From Nitrospinota bacterium (lineage in GTDB: Bacteria; Nitrospinota; Nitrospinia; Nitrospinales; VA-1), in NCBI GenBank assembly GCA_009873655.1, contig WAIB01000007.1, positions 10,718-74,717 on the forward strand: a stretch of 64,000 bases of DNA, written 5' to 3'. Positions 18,538 through 28,474 of this stretch are shown piece after piece (positions within the stretch are counted from its first letter, which is position 1; each line of letters starts with the position of its first letter). The notes under the pieces were generated by a model. The model saw only the letters and a list, made by a program, of their open reading frames with translations, made no database searches and had not been told where the DNA came from. A program made the position numbers and the translations under genes.

Positions 18538-19782
18538 ATGGAAATCGTTGATCAGAAATTAGACGAAGTGTTGCATGCTCTGGCTTTTGAAAAGATTGCG
18601 GGCAGTGCACCCAAAGTTGAATCGGATCCTTTGCTGGCTAGATTAAAATCTCTGGGAAGTGAGGTGTGGGTTGATACCGGCGAGTTGGAAAAGGCCCAGG
18701 ATATCTGGAAGCAGGAAATGACCGCATTGACCACTAACAATACCCTGGCAAATCAAGTGGTTCAAAGTGGGGTCATGGATCAGGTCATTGAAGATACAAT
18801 CCGAAAAATCCGCGACGAAGGACTCGAACTTTCAGAAGAGGAGTTGATTCTTGAAGTAGGGTTTGTGATTAACTGCAAAATCGCCTTGCGCCTTGTACAG
18901 GCTTTTAAAGTAAAAGTGAGTGTAGAACTGCATCCCGCCGTTTCACGGGATATCGAACGCACCCTGCATTACGGCAGAAGGTATTTTAAAGTTTGCCCCG
19001 AATTTTTTATTGTAAAAGTTCCACTGACTCCGGAGGGCTATCTTGCGGTTAGAAGGCTGACACAGGAAAATATTCCAATCAACTTTACGCTCGGATTTTC
19101 TGCCCGGCAAAACTATCTGGCGGCAAGATTATCGAATCCGGACTTTGTAAATGTGTTTTTGGGAAGGTTAAACCAGGTGGTCATAGAGCATAAAGCCGGT
19201 TCCGGCGACCAGGTCGGAGAAAAAGTAACCCTTTCAACCCAAAATGCCCTGATTGATGCAAGAGAAAATCATCAAGATGTCCAGTCCCGATTGATTGGCG
19301 CAAGTGTTAGAAACGGAGAACAAGTTGCATTTCTGGCGGGGCTGGATGTATTAACCATTCCACCCAAGGCAATTAAGGAGTTCCAGGAGTCCGGCAAGTC
19401 GGCTAATGATGTGGTGTCGCATTTGGATGAAGAGATCGTTCCGGGCATAGATGAAAATCATAAACTGGCCAAAAGGTTTCCGGGCCTGTGGGAATTGCCC
19501 GAACAGTTTGTTTCCTTTGTCGACGCACTAATGAATGAAGATGGATTGGGTGAAATGAAAGGAAAAGAGCTTGTCGAATTCAGCCGGAAACATGGTATGG
19601 ATTTATTTCACGATTTCAGTGATTCAGAGCTGAAACAAATATATGATCATGGAAAAATTCCTTGCCTGGATAATTGGCCGGAATCGATTGCCCTGGATGA
19701 TTTAATGACTCAGTCCGCGCTGCAGTCTTTTACCAAAGATCAAAATGCATTGGATGATCGGATTCGCTCTTTTCTGAAATAA
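18538..19782 (+). CDS. Transaldolase-family protein with a C-terminal extension
   Basis: Motifs WVDTGE, TTNNTL and the Schiff-base lysine context FIVKVPLT are present. I prefer the ATG at 18538 (AAGGA upstream) over the TTG at 18532. It is about 100 aa longer than classical TalB. Confidence 0.6.
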   Translation: MEIVDQKLDEVLHALAFEKIAGSAPKVESDPLLARLKSLGSEVWVDTGELEKAQDIWKQEMTALTTNNTLANQVVQSGVMDQVIEDTIRKIRDEGLELSEEELILEVGFVINCKIALRLVQAFKVKVSVELHPAVSRDIERTLHYGRRYFKVCPEFFIVKVPLTPEGYLAVRRLTQENIPINFTLGFSARQNYLAARLSNPDFVNVFLGRLNQVVIEHKAGSGDQVGEKVTLSTQNALIDARENHQDVQSRLIGASVRNGEQVAFLAGLDVLTIPPKAIKEFQESGKSANDVVSHLDEEIVPGIDENHKLAKRFPGLWELPEQFVSFVDALMNEDGLGEMKGKELVEFSRKHGMDLFHDFSDSELKQIYDHGKIPCLDNWPESIALDDLMTQSALQSFTKDQNALDDRIRSFLK

Positions 19783-19791
19783 AGGCGGCTT

Positions 19792-20778
19792 ATGATACTT
19801 GCCGGTGATATAGGCGGAACCAAAGCCTATTTAGGAATATTTGATGAAATAAATAACCGGCTGGAAAAAACTTGCGAGGCTCGTTTTGAAAGTCGGGATT
19901 ACTCGGATTTTGACTCTGTTCTCGAAGAATTTTTAAATGGGCGTTTGGAAAAACCCGAGATTGCCTGTCTGGGAGTGGCAGGACCCATTGAAGGTGGAAA
20001 TTGCGAGCTTACCAATTTGGGCTGGAAAATTGAATCCGCTCGTTTAAAAGAATATTTTGATAAAGTATTTTTGATAAATGATCTTGCGGCAATGGCTTGT
20101 GCGGTTCCTTTTCTAGGAGAGGAAGATGTCGCTGTGTTGCAGGCCGGTTTGCCTTGCATAGAAGGAAGGGTGGCGGTCTTAGCAGCCGGCACCGGTTTGG
20201 GGCAGGCGTTTCTTTTTCCAACCGCGGACCAGAAGTATTATGTTGTCGATTCCGAGGGGGGACATTCGGACTTTTCCCCGAGAAATAAGCTTGAAGCGGA
20301 GCTATTGGTTTTTCTGGAAAAGAAATTCTCCAGGGTAAGCGTCGAGAGGGTGATTTCAGGGCCGGGCCTTATTCATATATTCGAATTTTTTAAAGAAAAA
20401 TATTCCTTTAATGAATTGGATGGGTGGAAGGAAGGTTTGCGGAAAGAGGAGCTGGCCTCTGAAATAATTCGCCGGGGACAAAACCGCGAATCAGAAGCAT
20501 GTGAAAAAACGCTTCAGCTGTTTGTTGAGTTGTATGGTGCGCTTGCGGGAAACCTGGCCTTGCAGTTTTTGTCAAATGGAGGGGTATTTCTGGGAGGAGG
20601 AATCGCTCCCAGGATTTTACCTTTACTGAAAGAAGGTTCCTTTATGGAATCTTTTTTATCTAAAGGAAGATTTGAAAACCGGATGAAAGAAGTTCCGGTA
20701 AAAGTGATTTTGGATGATAAATCTGCTCTTCACGGAGCAGCACAATATGCCTTGGGTCAAAGATTTATAAAGCATTAA
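19792..20778 (+). CDS. glk: Glucokinase
   Basis: It has the N-terminal ATP motif ILAGDIGGTK, a length of 328 aa, and the GGGIA block. Confidence 0.8.
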   Translation: MILAGDIGGTKAYLGIFDEINNRLEKTCEARFESRDYSDFDSVLEEFLNGRLEKPEIACLGVAGPIEGGNCELTNLGWKIESARLKEYFDKVFLINDLAAMACAVPFLGEEDVAVLQAGLPCIEGRVAVLAAGTGLGQAFLFPTADQKYYVVDSEGGHSDFSPRNKLEAELLVFLEKKFSRVSVERVISGPGLIHIFEFFKEKYSFNELDGWKEGLRKEELASEIIRRGQNRESEACEKTLQLFVELYGALAGNLALQFLSNGGVFLGGGIAPRILPLLKEGSFMESFLSKGRFENRMKEVPVKVILDDKSALHGAAQYALGQRFIKH

Positions 20779-20827
20779 AAATTTGATCCGATCTTTAAAC
20801 CAGAACCTAAATAACTAAAAGAAAACT

Positions 20828-22033
20828 ATGGGTAACCCGATTAAGAAAATTGTGCTGGCTTATTCAGGCGGCTTGGACACTTCCGTAATTATTAAATGGT
20901 TAAAGGAAAAGTATAGCTGCGAAATCATCGCATTTGCCGCAGATGTTGGCCAGGGGCAGGAGCTCGATCCTGTCAGGGAAAAAGCCCTGGCAACAGGGGC
21001 AAGCAAGGTTTATATCGAAGACCTTCGCGAGGAATTTGTTTCTGATTTTGTGTTTCCCATGCTGCGGGCCAATGCATTTTATGAACATAATTATCTTTTA
21101 GGGACTTCTATTGCCCGCCCTTTAATAGCTAAAGAGCAGATTCGCATTGCAAAAAAAGAAGGGGCGGATGGGGTTTCCCACGGTGCGACCGGTAAAGGCA
21201 ACGACCAGGTGAGGTTCGAACTGGCTTACCATACCCTGAACCCGGAGATCAGTATTGTTGCTCCATGGAGGGAATGGGATTTGAATTCCAGAACAGCGTT
21301 GTTGGATTATGCCAAGACCCATGGGATACCCGTGCCGGTAACAAAGGCAAAGCCTTATAGTATGGATCGGAACATGTTTCATATCAGCTATGAAGGGGGT
21401 GTTTTGGAAGATCCATGGGTGGGTCCCGATGACGATATGTTTTTACTGTCCGTTTCACCCGAAAAAGCCCCCGATAATCCTACGGTTGTAGAAATCCAAT
21501 ATGAAGCGGGAAACCCTATTGCAGTGAATGGTGAAAAATTGAGTCCCGCAAAATTATTGGAGCGCCTCAATCAATATGGAGGAGAGAATGGGATTGGCCG
21601 AATTGATATAGTTGAAAATCGTTTTGTGGGTATGAAGTCCCGCGGTATTTATGAAACTCCAGGAGGCACCATTCTGCATCAGGCTCACCGGGCCATTGAA
21701 TCTATTACTATGGATCGTGAGGTAACCTTTTTGCGTGATTCATTGATTCCCAGCTATGCGCGTATGATATACAACGGGTTCTGGTTTTCCCCCGAAAGAG
21801 AGCTTGTTCAGCAAACAATAGACCAGTCGCAGGTAAATGTCACAGGGGAAGTTCGCTTGAAACTCTATAAGGGGAATTGCACCGTATTGGGTAGAAAAGC
21901 GGAAAAATCTTTGTATAACCAAAACATAGCAAGCTTTGAAGACAGTCATGGATACAGTCAAGATGACGCGGATGGCTTTATAAAATTGAATGCCTTGAGG
22001 CTCAAGCTTTACGCAGAAACTTTTGAGCGTTGA
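20828..22033 (+). CDS. argG: Argininosuccinate synthase
   Basis: The PP-loop AYSGGLDTS and the [14 protein letters not shown] block are present. Confidence 0.95.
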   Translation: MGNPIKKIVLAYSGGLDTSVIIKWLKEKYSCEIIAFAADVGQGQELDPVREKALATGASKVYIEDLREEFVSDFVFPMLRANAFYEHNYLLGTSIARPLIAKEQIRIAKKEGADGVSHGATGKGNDQVRFELAYHTLNPEISIVAPWREWDLNSRTALLDYAKTHGIPVPVTKAKPYSMDRNMFHISYEGGVLEDPWVGPDDDMFLLSVSPEKAPDNPTVVEIQYEAGNPIAVNGEKLSPAKLLERLNQYGGENGIGRIDIVENRFVGMKSRGIYETPGGTILHQAHRAIESITMDREVTFLRDSLIPSYARMIYNGFWFSPERELVQQTIDQSQVNVTGEVRLKLYKGNCTVLGRKAEKSLYNQNIASFEDSHGYSQDDADGFIKLNALRLKLYAETFER

Positions 22034-22129
22034 TCCCCAACCGCCCCCCGGTCTCTCACATTAATTTGTCCCCATAAAACTTTGCTCTCCATATTGCTTT
22101 ATGGGGAAGGGTGGAGATAAAATTATAGT

Positions 22130-23524
22130 ATGAGTTCTATTCTTGTAGTTGACGACGAAAAGAGCCTTAGAGATTTCCTCGCTATCATGCTCGAGGAAGG
22201 AGGCTATGAAGTTTTTACTGCCCATAATGAAGAAAGTGCTGTAAAACTTATAAAAGAGAATATTTTTGACTTGATCCTCACGGATATCCGAATGGGAAAG
22301 TCAAATGGAATCAATGTTCTTGACTTCGCCCGGAAAACTCTTCCTGATACCCCTGTAGTTATGATGACTGCTTATGCCAGTGCCGAGACCGCAGTGGATG
22401 CTATGAAAAAGGGGGCCTATGACTATATCTCCAAGCCATTTAAAATTGAAGATGTTCAGCTCATAGTTAAAAATGCAATTGAAAAGAGGGAACTTTCCGA
22501 AGAAAACCGTTTTTTGAAAACGGTCCTGAATGATCGATTTCAAATTTCAAATATTATCGGGAAATCTCCTGCCATTCAAAAGATTTTTGAACTGATTGAA
22601 AAAGTATCCAAAAGCAATGCAACGGTTTTGATTCATGGCGAAAGTGGAACGGGAAAGGAAATTATTGCCAAAGCCATCCACTTCAATGGAAATAGAAAAA
22701 ATTATCCCTTTGTATCCGTAAACTGCGGGGCCTTGCCTGAAAATCTCCTTGAAAGTGAACTGTTCGGACACGAGAAAGGTTCTTTTACAAGCGCAGACTC
22801 TTTAAGGCTGGGCTTAATGGAGTCTGCTAATAAAGGCACCTTTTTTCTTGATGAAATTGCAGAAGCACCTCTGTCAATACAGGTAAAATTGTTGAGGGTT
22901 CTTCAGGAGAATGAAATTTTAAGGTTGGGGGGAACGGATACTATCCCGGTAGATTTAAGGATCATTGCTGCTTCCAACCGAAATTTAAGCAAACTGGTAG
23001 AGGATAAGGTGTTCAGGAAAGACCTTTACTACAGGTTGAATGTAATCCCTATCCATCTGCCTCCCCTGCGTGAGCGCAAAGAAGATATTCCGGATTTGGT
23101 GGAGTATTTTATAAATAAATACAACTCCAAGCATGAAAAGACTTTCGTCAAAGGTGAGGAGCCAGAGGCGATGCGGTATTTTGAAAATTATTCATGGCCA
23201 GGGAACGTCCGGGAATTGGAGAATGCCATAGAAAGATCCGTGGTTCTGGAGACCGGTGAGTTGATTCAGAAAAGCAGCCTTCCCGAAGAAATTTTCGGCA
23301 TAGTGCCCGGCGGACAAATCCAGGTGCCCAACCTTTCCAAAGAATCAATTGACCTTGAAAGAACATTGAATCAAATAGAAAAAACCATGATATCCAATGC
23401 GCTGGTGCAATCAGACGGGATTATTAATAAGGCAGCCAAGCAACTGAACCTCAGCTTTAGATCCATGCGTTACAGGATTCAAAAGCATAAACTGCAAGAC
23501 AATAAAACCAAAGAAAGCGAATGA
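22130..23524 (+). CDS. Sigma54-dependent response regulator (NtrC family: REC, AAA+, HTH)
   Basis: The REC domain has the phospho-acceptor context LILTDIRM. Walker A is GESGTGKE, and a C-terminal Fis-type HTH is present. The sigma54-contact loop reads GSFTSA (22778-22795) instead of the canonical GAFTGA. Confidence 0.85.
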   Translation: MSSILVVDDEKSLRDFLAIMLEEGGYEVFTAHNEESAVKLIKENIFDLILTDIRMGKSNGINVLDFARKTLPDTPVVMMTAYASAETAVDAMKKGAYDYISKPFKIEDVQLIVKNAIEKRELSEENRFLKTVLNDRFQISNIIGKSPAIQKIFELIEKVSKSNATVLIHGESGTGKEIIAKAIHFNGNRKNYPFVSVNCGALPENLLESELFGHEKGSFTSADSLRLGLMESANKGTFFLDEIAEAPLSIQVKLLRVLQENEILRLGGTDTIPVDLRIIAASNRNLSKLVEDKVFRKDLYYRLNVIPIHLPPLRERKEDIPDLVEYFINKYNSKHEKTFVKGEEPEAMRYFENYSWPGNVRELENAIERSVVLETGELIQKSSLPEEIFGIVPGGQIQVPNLSKESIDLERTLNQIEKTMISNALVQSDGIINKAAKQLNLSFRSMRYRIQKHKLQDNKTKESE

Positions 23525-25581
23525 TCCTTTTCCCATCTAAAAATTTTATCCTGCCCCTGTTGTTAAATAATCTTAAAAAAATTCCGGCGACTTCAATCGT
23601 TTTGTCGCTATGTTTTATCTTGCCCTTACATTCCGAAGCGCAATCTGAAAATCCGGATTTGTCCGGGCAGGACAGTTATGGAGCAATTGAAAAGGCTGAT
23701 TATGGCGACCCGTTCATGCAGGGGGAACATTTGTTCCACGCTGGCGAGTTTATTGAGGCCAAACCTTTTTTCCACCAGTATCTTGAAGAAAATGAAAGAG
23801 GTGAAAGAAGGCTTAAAGCATATTTTCGCCTTGGAATGATTGACCAGAAGAACCAATCTTATTCAACAGCATTGCGATTTTATAAAATGATCCTGGAGTC
23901 TCGCCCTGATTATTTGCTGGCAAACGAAATTAAATTCAATATGGCAGTGTGCAATTTTGAACTTGGAAACCTGGAAGCAGCAGAGGATTTATTTAAAGTC
24001 GTAATCAGGAAGTCAGTTGATAAAAAAGAAAAGTGGAAGACGTTATATTATCTCTCCCGTCTGGATGAGATGAAGCTGAGTTTTGAGGGCGCTATTGAAA
24101 AATTAAAGAAAGTATATACCCAGGTTGATGATAAAGAGATGAGCCAAAAGGCTTTCAGCCTTGCCAAAAAGATGATCGATGTAAATATGGGTGAAAGGGC
24201 TGTTTTCTCATTAATTCAGAAGTACCAGAAGGGTTTCCCGGCCGACCTTCTTTTGTTAAAACAACTTTCCAATCATAGAGAAAATGGGGATGTCAACGGG
24301 TATAAAAAGGTATTGGAAAAATTCCTGTTTAAATTTCCCGGACATAAAGAATCAGAGGCTTTGAAAAATGATTTGGAATCTATCGAGAAGAGAGATTCTC
24401 AAGTTGAAGTGGGTGTGGTATTACCACTGACAGGTAAGCTTGCTGCAACGGGCCAAAAAGTTCTTCAGGGAATCCAGCTGGCATACAGTCTTCTACCTGA
24501 GGCATCCAGAAAGGACATCTATTTAAATGTAAAAGATTCGTCCGGGGCATCGGGCATTGAGACGGTTTTAGGCGAACTGGCAAGAAATCCCAAAACGGTG
24601 GGGGTGCTTGGTCCTTTGCTAAGCGATGAGATCAAGCAGTCCATTAATGTGGCGGATCTGTTTAAATTGAATGTATTTTCTCCTACCGCGTCATCCGCGG
24701 GTATTGTAGAAAACAGTCCCTATATATTTAGAAATGCCCTGACCCGTAAAATCCAGGCCCGGTATTTGGCTGAATATTCCATAAATACACTTAATTTAAG
24801 AAGGTTTGCGATTCTTTATCCAATGGAACCTTTTGGAGAAGAATTGAAAGAGGAATTTTTAAAAGCAGTGGAAGGTTTTGGTGGAGAAATCGTTGGGGTC
24901 TCAAGCTATGACCGATCCCAAAATGATTTTAAAAAACAGATTCTGGAATTGGGCGGAGTCGCGGATGATGATCTGGACAGGATTACCCGAAAACTATTAT
25001 TAGAAAACAAAGAGCAGAAGGATTTCAGCGATCCGACCCTGCTGTCTCGACCAAAGGTCAATATGGAGCATTGGTCAGAAGATAAAATTGAAAACCTGAA
25101 GGTTTCGTTGGAACTGGGTTACGATGCGATGTTTATTCCGGGTGTTTACGATAAAGTGGGATTAATTATCCCCCAGCTTGCTTTTTATAATATTGAGAAG
25201 ATAGCTTTGCTTGGAGCAAATGGCTGGAATTCCCCTGAATTGATTAAAATGGGGGGTAAGTTTCTCAAATCCATTTATTTTGTCGATGGATTCTATTCAG
25301 ATTCGCACCAGGTAAGAGTGAGAAGGTTTGTAGAACAATTTCAAAATAATTACGGTGAAGTTCCTTCCCACCTGTCTGCGCAGGCGTATGATGCTGCGGG
25401 GATAATTTTTAAAAGCATTAACTCAGGGGCCAGCAATCGATTGAAACTGAAGGAGAGGTTGATTGCCGTGGAAAACTATCCCGGGGTGACCGGAAAAACA
25501 AGTTTGCTGGAGTCAGGGGATTCTGAAAAAAATATATTTGCTCTAACCGTAAGAAAAAAGAAAATTGTTGAAGAAAACTGA
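23521..25581 (+). CDS. Exported TPR plus type-I periplasmic-binding-fold protein (LpoA-like candidate PBP activator)
   Basis: The 686 aa ORF has a signal peptide and N-terminal TPR-like helices. From about 24403 it has a LivK/LppC-like domain starting VGVVLPLTGKLAATGQKVLQGIQLAY. Its ATG overlaps the regulator's stop (ATGA at 23521-23524). Confidence 0.6.
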   Translation: MILFPSKNFILPLLLNNLKKIPATSIVLSLCFILPLHSEAQSENPDLSGQDSYGAIEKADYGDPFMQGEHLFHAGEFIEAKPFFHQYLEENERGERRLKAYFRLGMIDQKNQSYSTALRFYKMILESRPDYLLANEIKFNMAVCNFELGNLEAAEDLFKVVIRKSVDKKEKWKTLYYLSRLDEMKLSFEGAIEKLKKVYTQVDDKEMSQKAFSLAKKMIDVNMGERAVFSLIQKYQKGFPADLLLLKQLSNHRENGDVNGYKKVLEKFLFKFPGHKESEALKNDLESIEKRDSQVEVGVVLPLTGKLAATGQKVLQGIQLAYSLLPEASRKDIYLNVKDSSGASGIETVLGELARNPKTVGVLGPLLSDEIKQSINVADLFKLNVFSPTASSAGIVENSPYIFRNALTRKIQARYLAEYSINTLNLRRFAILYPMEPFGEELKEEFLKAVEGFGGEIVGVSSYDRSQNDFKKQILELGGVADDDLDRITRKLLLENKEQKDFSDPTLLSRPKVNMEHWSEDKIENLKVSLELGYDAMFIPGVYDKVGLIIPQLAFYNIEKIALLGANGWNSPELIKMGGKFLKSIYFVDGFYSDSHQVRVRRFVEQFQNNYGEVPSHLSAQAYDAAGIIFKSINSGASNRLKLKERLIAVENYPGVTGKTSLLESGDSEKNIFALTVRKKKIVEEN

Positions 25582-25594
25582 ATTGAATTTGTAT

Positions 25595-27994
25595 TTAAAA
25601 TATTTCTTCTCTTTCCTGGGTGAAGAAAGGTTTTTCCTTCTCCGGCAGAAAATCCTGTAAAAATATTTCAAAATTTGAATCTGTATCGTTGAATTTAGCG
25701 GGTTCTCCTGATTCGGTTTGAACTTTCAGAAATTGAATATCGTCCGGAACGGGAAAATTAGTGACTGGTTCGTTTGCCAGTGCTTCTTGCATAAACTTTA
25801 ACCAGATGGGAATCGCAGCTCGCGAACCCGTTTCATTTCTCCCCAAAGGTTCGTCTTTATCTTTCCCGACCCAAACTCCGGTGACCAACTCGGGTGTGTA
25901 GCCCATAAACCATGCATCAACATAATTGTTGGTGGTTCCTGTTTTCCCTGCAACGGGTCTCTTTAAGGCTCTCACCTTGGTGGCTGTTCCATTTTTTACG
26001 ACACTTTGCATTAAACTGGTAATGATATGAGCCGTCCCCGGGGAAAGGGGTTTGGTGATTTCGGGTACCGCGGTGAACAACACTTCACCGCTCCGGTTTT
26101 TGATGTTCCTTATGGCGGTCGGTTTAATCAGGTTTCCTAAATTTGCAAACGCTGAATAGGCTGAGGTGAGTTCATAAAGCGTCGTGCCTGATGACCCCAG
26201 GGCAATCGACAGGTTTTCTTCGAGGTTGGATGTGATGCCCAAACTTCTTGCCAGGCGGATGGTGCTTTTTATCCCGATGTTCTGCATTAGTTTTACGGTC
26301 ACCACGTTTCTGGAGTGGGCTAATGCCTCTCTCAAAGAGGTAGGTCCGTAAAACTTTTCTTCAAAGTTTACGGGTTTCCATTTATCAAAGGCGTCTTCTT
26401 TTTCTTTGAAGATAATGGGAGAGTCAATAATTATGTTGGAGGGACCATAACCTTCATTTATGGCGGCCGCGTATATAATAGGTTTGAAAGCAGAACCCGG
26501 CTGGCGGATGGCCTGGACTGCGCGATTAAACTGGCTTTTGTAAAAATCATAGCCCCCAATCATAGCCTTAACCTGTCCTGTTAAAGGGGCCAGGCTGATG
26601 AGTGCCCCTTCCACCTCAGGTTCCTGTTCCAGTGCAAGGGACCATCCCGATCCATCCTGTCTTCTGCCGAGAACCTTTACACTGATCAAATCCCCCGCGG
26701 TCAGAGCCTCATTGGGGTGTTTGATCTTTACCCATCTCCCATCCAGGTTAGGGTTCGGTTCACGGGCCCAATCCATATCCTTTATGTCGATATACCCATC
26801 TTCCTCCCCTAAAATGACCCATGCCTGGGTATCCCCCACTGACATAACTGTACCGCTTATGGTACTGCCTATTTTGATCCCTTTCTCTTCGGCAAAACTA
26901 TTTTGTCGGATCATGGCATTTTGAACCGCTATTTCCCCCTGTGAAATATCCACGGTTCCAAGTGGACCTCTATAACCGTAACGCTTATCTGCAACGAGCA
27001 GATTCTCTTTGATTGCACGCTGGGCAGTTTCCTGCATATTCATGTCGAGAGTGGTATAAACCTTTAATCCTGCGCGGTAAAGCTTGCTGCTTCCAAACTT
27101 TTCTTCGAGAATACGCCGAATATGTTCTACGAAATAGGGGGCCTTATTTAACATTTTTTCGACTTCGCCCAGGTGAAAGTCTTCTACCATGGATAATTTA
27201 GCCTGTTCCGGTGTAATGAAAGAGACTTCAGCCATACGTCGAATAACGTGGTTTCTTCTTTTTCGAGCACGTTCAGGATTTCTATAGGGGGAATAATTAT
27301 TAGGGGCTTTGGGTAAACTGGCAATCATGGCGCATTCCGCAATGGTAAGATCTTTTACGCTTTTTCCAAAATAAGTTCGAGAAGCGGCTTCCACCCCATA
27401 AGTTCCATGGCCGTAATATATCTGGTTGAGATACATTTCGAGGATTTCATCTTTTGAAAAAACCAGTTCCAGTCTTACTGCTAAAATGGCCTCTTTAATT
27501 TTTCTTGGAAGAGTTCTTTCTCTTGACAAGAACATTGTTTTTGTCAATTGCTGGGTAATGGTGCTTCCCCCCTCCACAACGTGTCCGGCTTTCATATTTG
27601 TTATAAAGGCGCGAAAAATAGCTTTTGGGTCAATCCCGAAATGGTAGTAAAAATTTGAGTCTTCAACCGCCAGGGTGGCCTGTTTCAGGGGCAGGGGAAT
27701 ATCTTCCAAAGCAGTAATGATTCTTTTTTCAATATAAAATTCTGCAATCTTTTCATCACTGGCCGAGTAAACCTGTGTGATGGTGCTGGGTTGATGGTCT
27801 TTAAGTTTGCGTACGTCGGGAAGGTCCTTGGAAAAGTGAAAATAGATAAATCCCGCACCAATAAACCCAGCGGACACGCAAAGCAGAAAAACAGTTAAAG
27901 AAGTAACGATAAATATCTTTTTTAACTTCGACGTTTCTTTCGTTTTCTTTTTCCGGGTTTTTCCTGGACTTTTCTTTTTTGGTGAGTCTTCCAT
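25595..27994 (-). CDS. mrcA: Class A penicillin-binding protein 1A (glycosyltransferase plus transpeptidase)
   Basis: The GT51 motifs EDSNFYYHFGIDP and GGSTITQQL are present, along with the transpeptidase motifs SAFKP and KTGTT. An OB-like (ODD/PCB_OB) insertion lies between HGYRGP-like GYRGP and PEVEGALISL. Confidence 0.9.
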   Translation of the reverse strand: MEDSPKKKSPGKTRKKKTKETSKLKKIFIVTSLTVFLLCVSAGFIGAGFIYFHFSKDLPDVRKLKDHQPSTITQVYSASDEKIAEFYIEKRIITALEDIPLPLKQATLAVEDSNFYYHFGIDPKAIFRAFITNMKAGHVVEGGSTITQQLTKTMFLSRERTLPRKIKEAILAVRLELVFSKDEILEMYLNQIYYGHGTYGVEAASRTYFGKSVKDLTIAECAMIASLPKAPNNYSPYRNPERARKRRNHVIRRMAEVSFITPEQAKLSMVEDFHLGEVEKMLNKAPYFVEHIRRILEEKFGSSKLYRAGLKVYTTLDMNMQETAQRAIKENLLVADKRYGYRGPLGTVDISQGEIAVQNAMIRQNSFAEEKGIKIGSTISGTVMSVGDTQAWVILGEEDGYIDIKDMDWAREPNPNLDGRWVKIKHPNEALTAGDLISVKVLGRRQDGSGWSLALEQEPEVEGALISLAPLTGQVKAMIGGYDFYKSQFNRAVQAIRQPGSAFKPIIYAAAINEGYGPSNIIIDSPIIFKEKEDAFDKWKPVNFEEKFYGPTSLREALAHSRNVVTVKLMQNIGIKSTIRLARSLGITSNLEENLSIALGSSGTTLYELTSAYSAFANLGNLIKPTAIRNIKNRSGEVLFTAVPEITKPLSPGTAHIITSLMQSVVKNGTATKVRALKRPVAGKTGTTNNYVDAWFMGYTPELVTGVWVGKDKDEPLGRNETGSRAAIPIWLKFMQEALANEPVTNFPVPDDIQFLKVQTESGEPAKFNDTDSNFEIFLQDFLPEKEKPFFTQEREEIF

Positions 27995-28040
27995 TTAAAG
28001 AAATTCTAGATTTAGGCGGGTCTTCGCTATCGGGTTGGGC

Positions 28041-28469
28041 TCAAGAAGGTTTCGGGGGAAGGCGTCCCTCTTCAAGGTCAAGAAGATCCACCCAGGTTGT
28101 TACATCCGATCTTGAGGGATCGATTTTATTTCTAATTTCATTGAAATATTTCAGACGATCTTCGGAGTCAGGTTTTCTTTGAAGAATCTGTTCATTAATA
28201 AATCCCAGCTCTTTTTGTGATTTAGATTCAACCAATCCTTTAGCCCAGTCGCTGATTTCTTCATCTTTTTTTTCAATTGTCATATTGGCGAATGTGTTCG
28301 CGTCAATACGTAGAAAATTGAGAATAATTTTATCAAGAGGGCAGGGGTAAATATAATCTGCAAGTTTCTTTTCTTTGTAGGCACGGCCTTTGTCTATCAT
28401 CCGGCCTAAGTGCACCAAACCTGCCATCTTTTGTTTTGGACTTCGGGGAAAAGCTCTTGATAAATCCAT
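28041..28469 (-). CDS. DUF5069-like hypothetical protein
   Basis: The 142 aa ORF starts with PRSPKQKMAGLVHLGRMIDKGRA, which resembles the DUF5069 signature as I remember it. It starts 5 nt after the LRR gene and ends 46 nt before mrcA. Confidence 0.45.
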   Translation of the reverse strand: MDLSRAFPRSPKQKMAGLVHLGRMIDKGRAYKEKKLADYIYPCPLDKIILNFLRIDANTFANMTIEKKDEEISDWAKGLVESKSQKELGFINEQILQRKPDSEDRLKYFNEIRNKIDPSRSDVTTWVDLLDLEEGRLPPKPS

Positions 28470-28474
28470 AAAAA

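Noticed and set aside
22069-22107. A 10 bp inverted repeat, TCCCCATAAA...TTTATGGGGA, after argG, considered as a terminator.
   Set aside because: The loop is 19 nt and no T-tract follows, so it is not a convincing intrinsic terminator. It may still be a weak structural element, but I cannot support a call.
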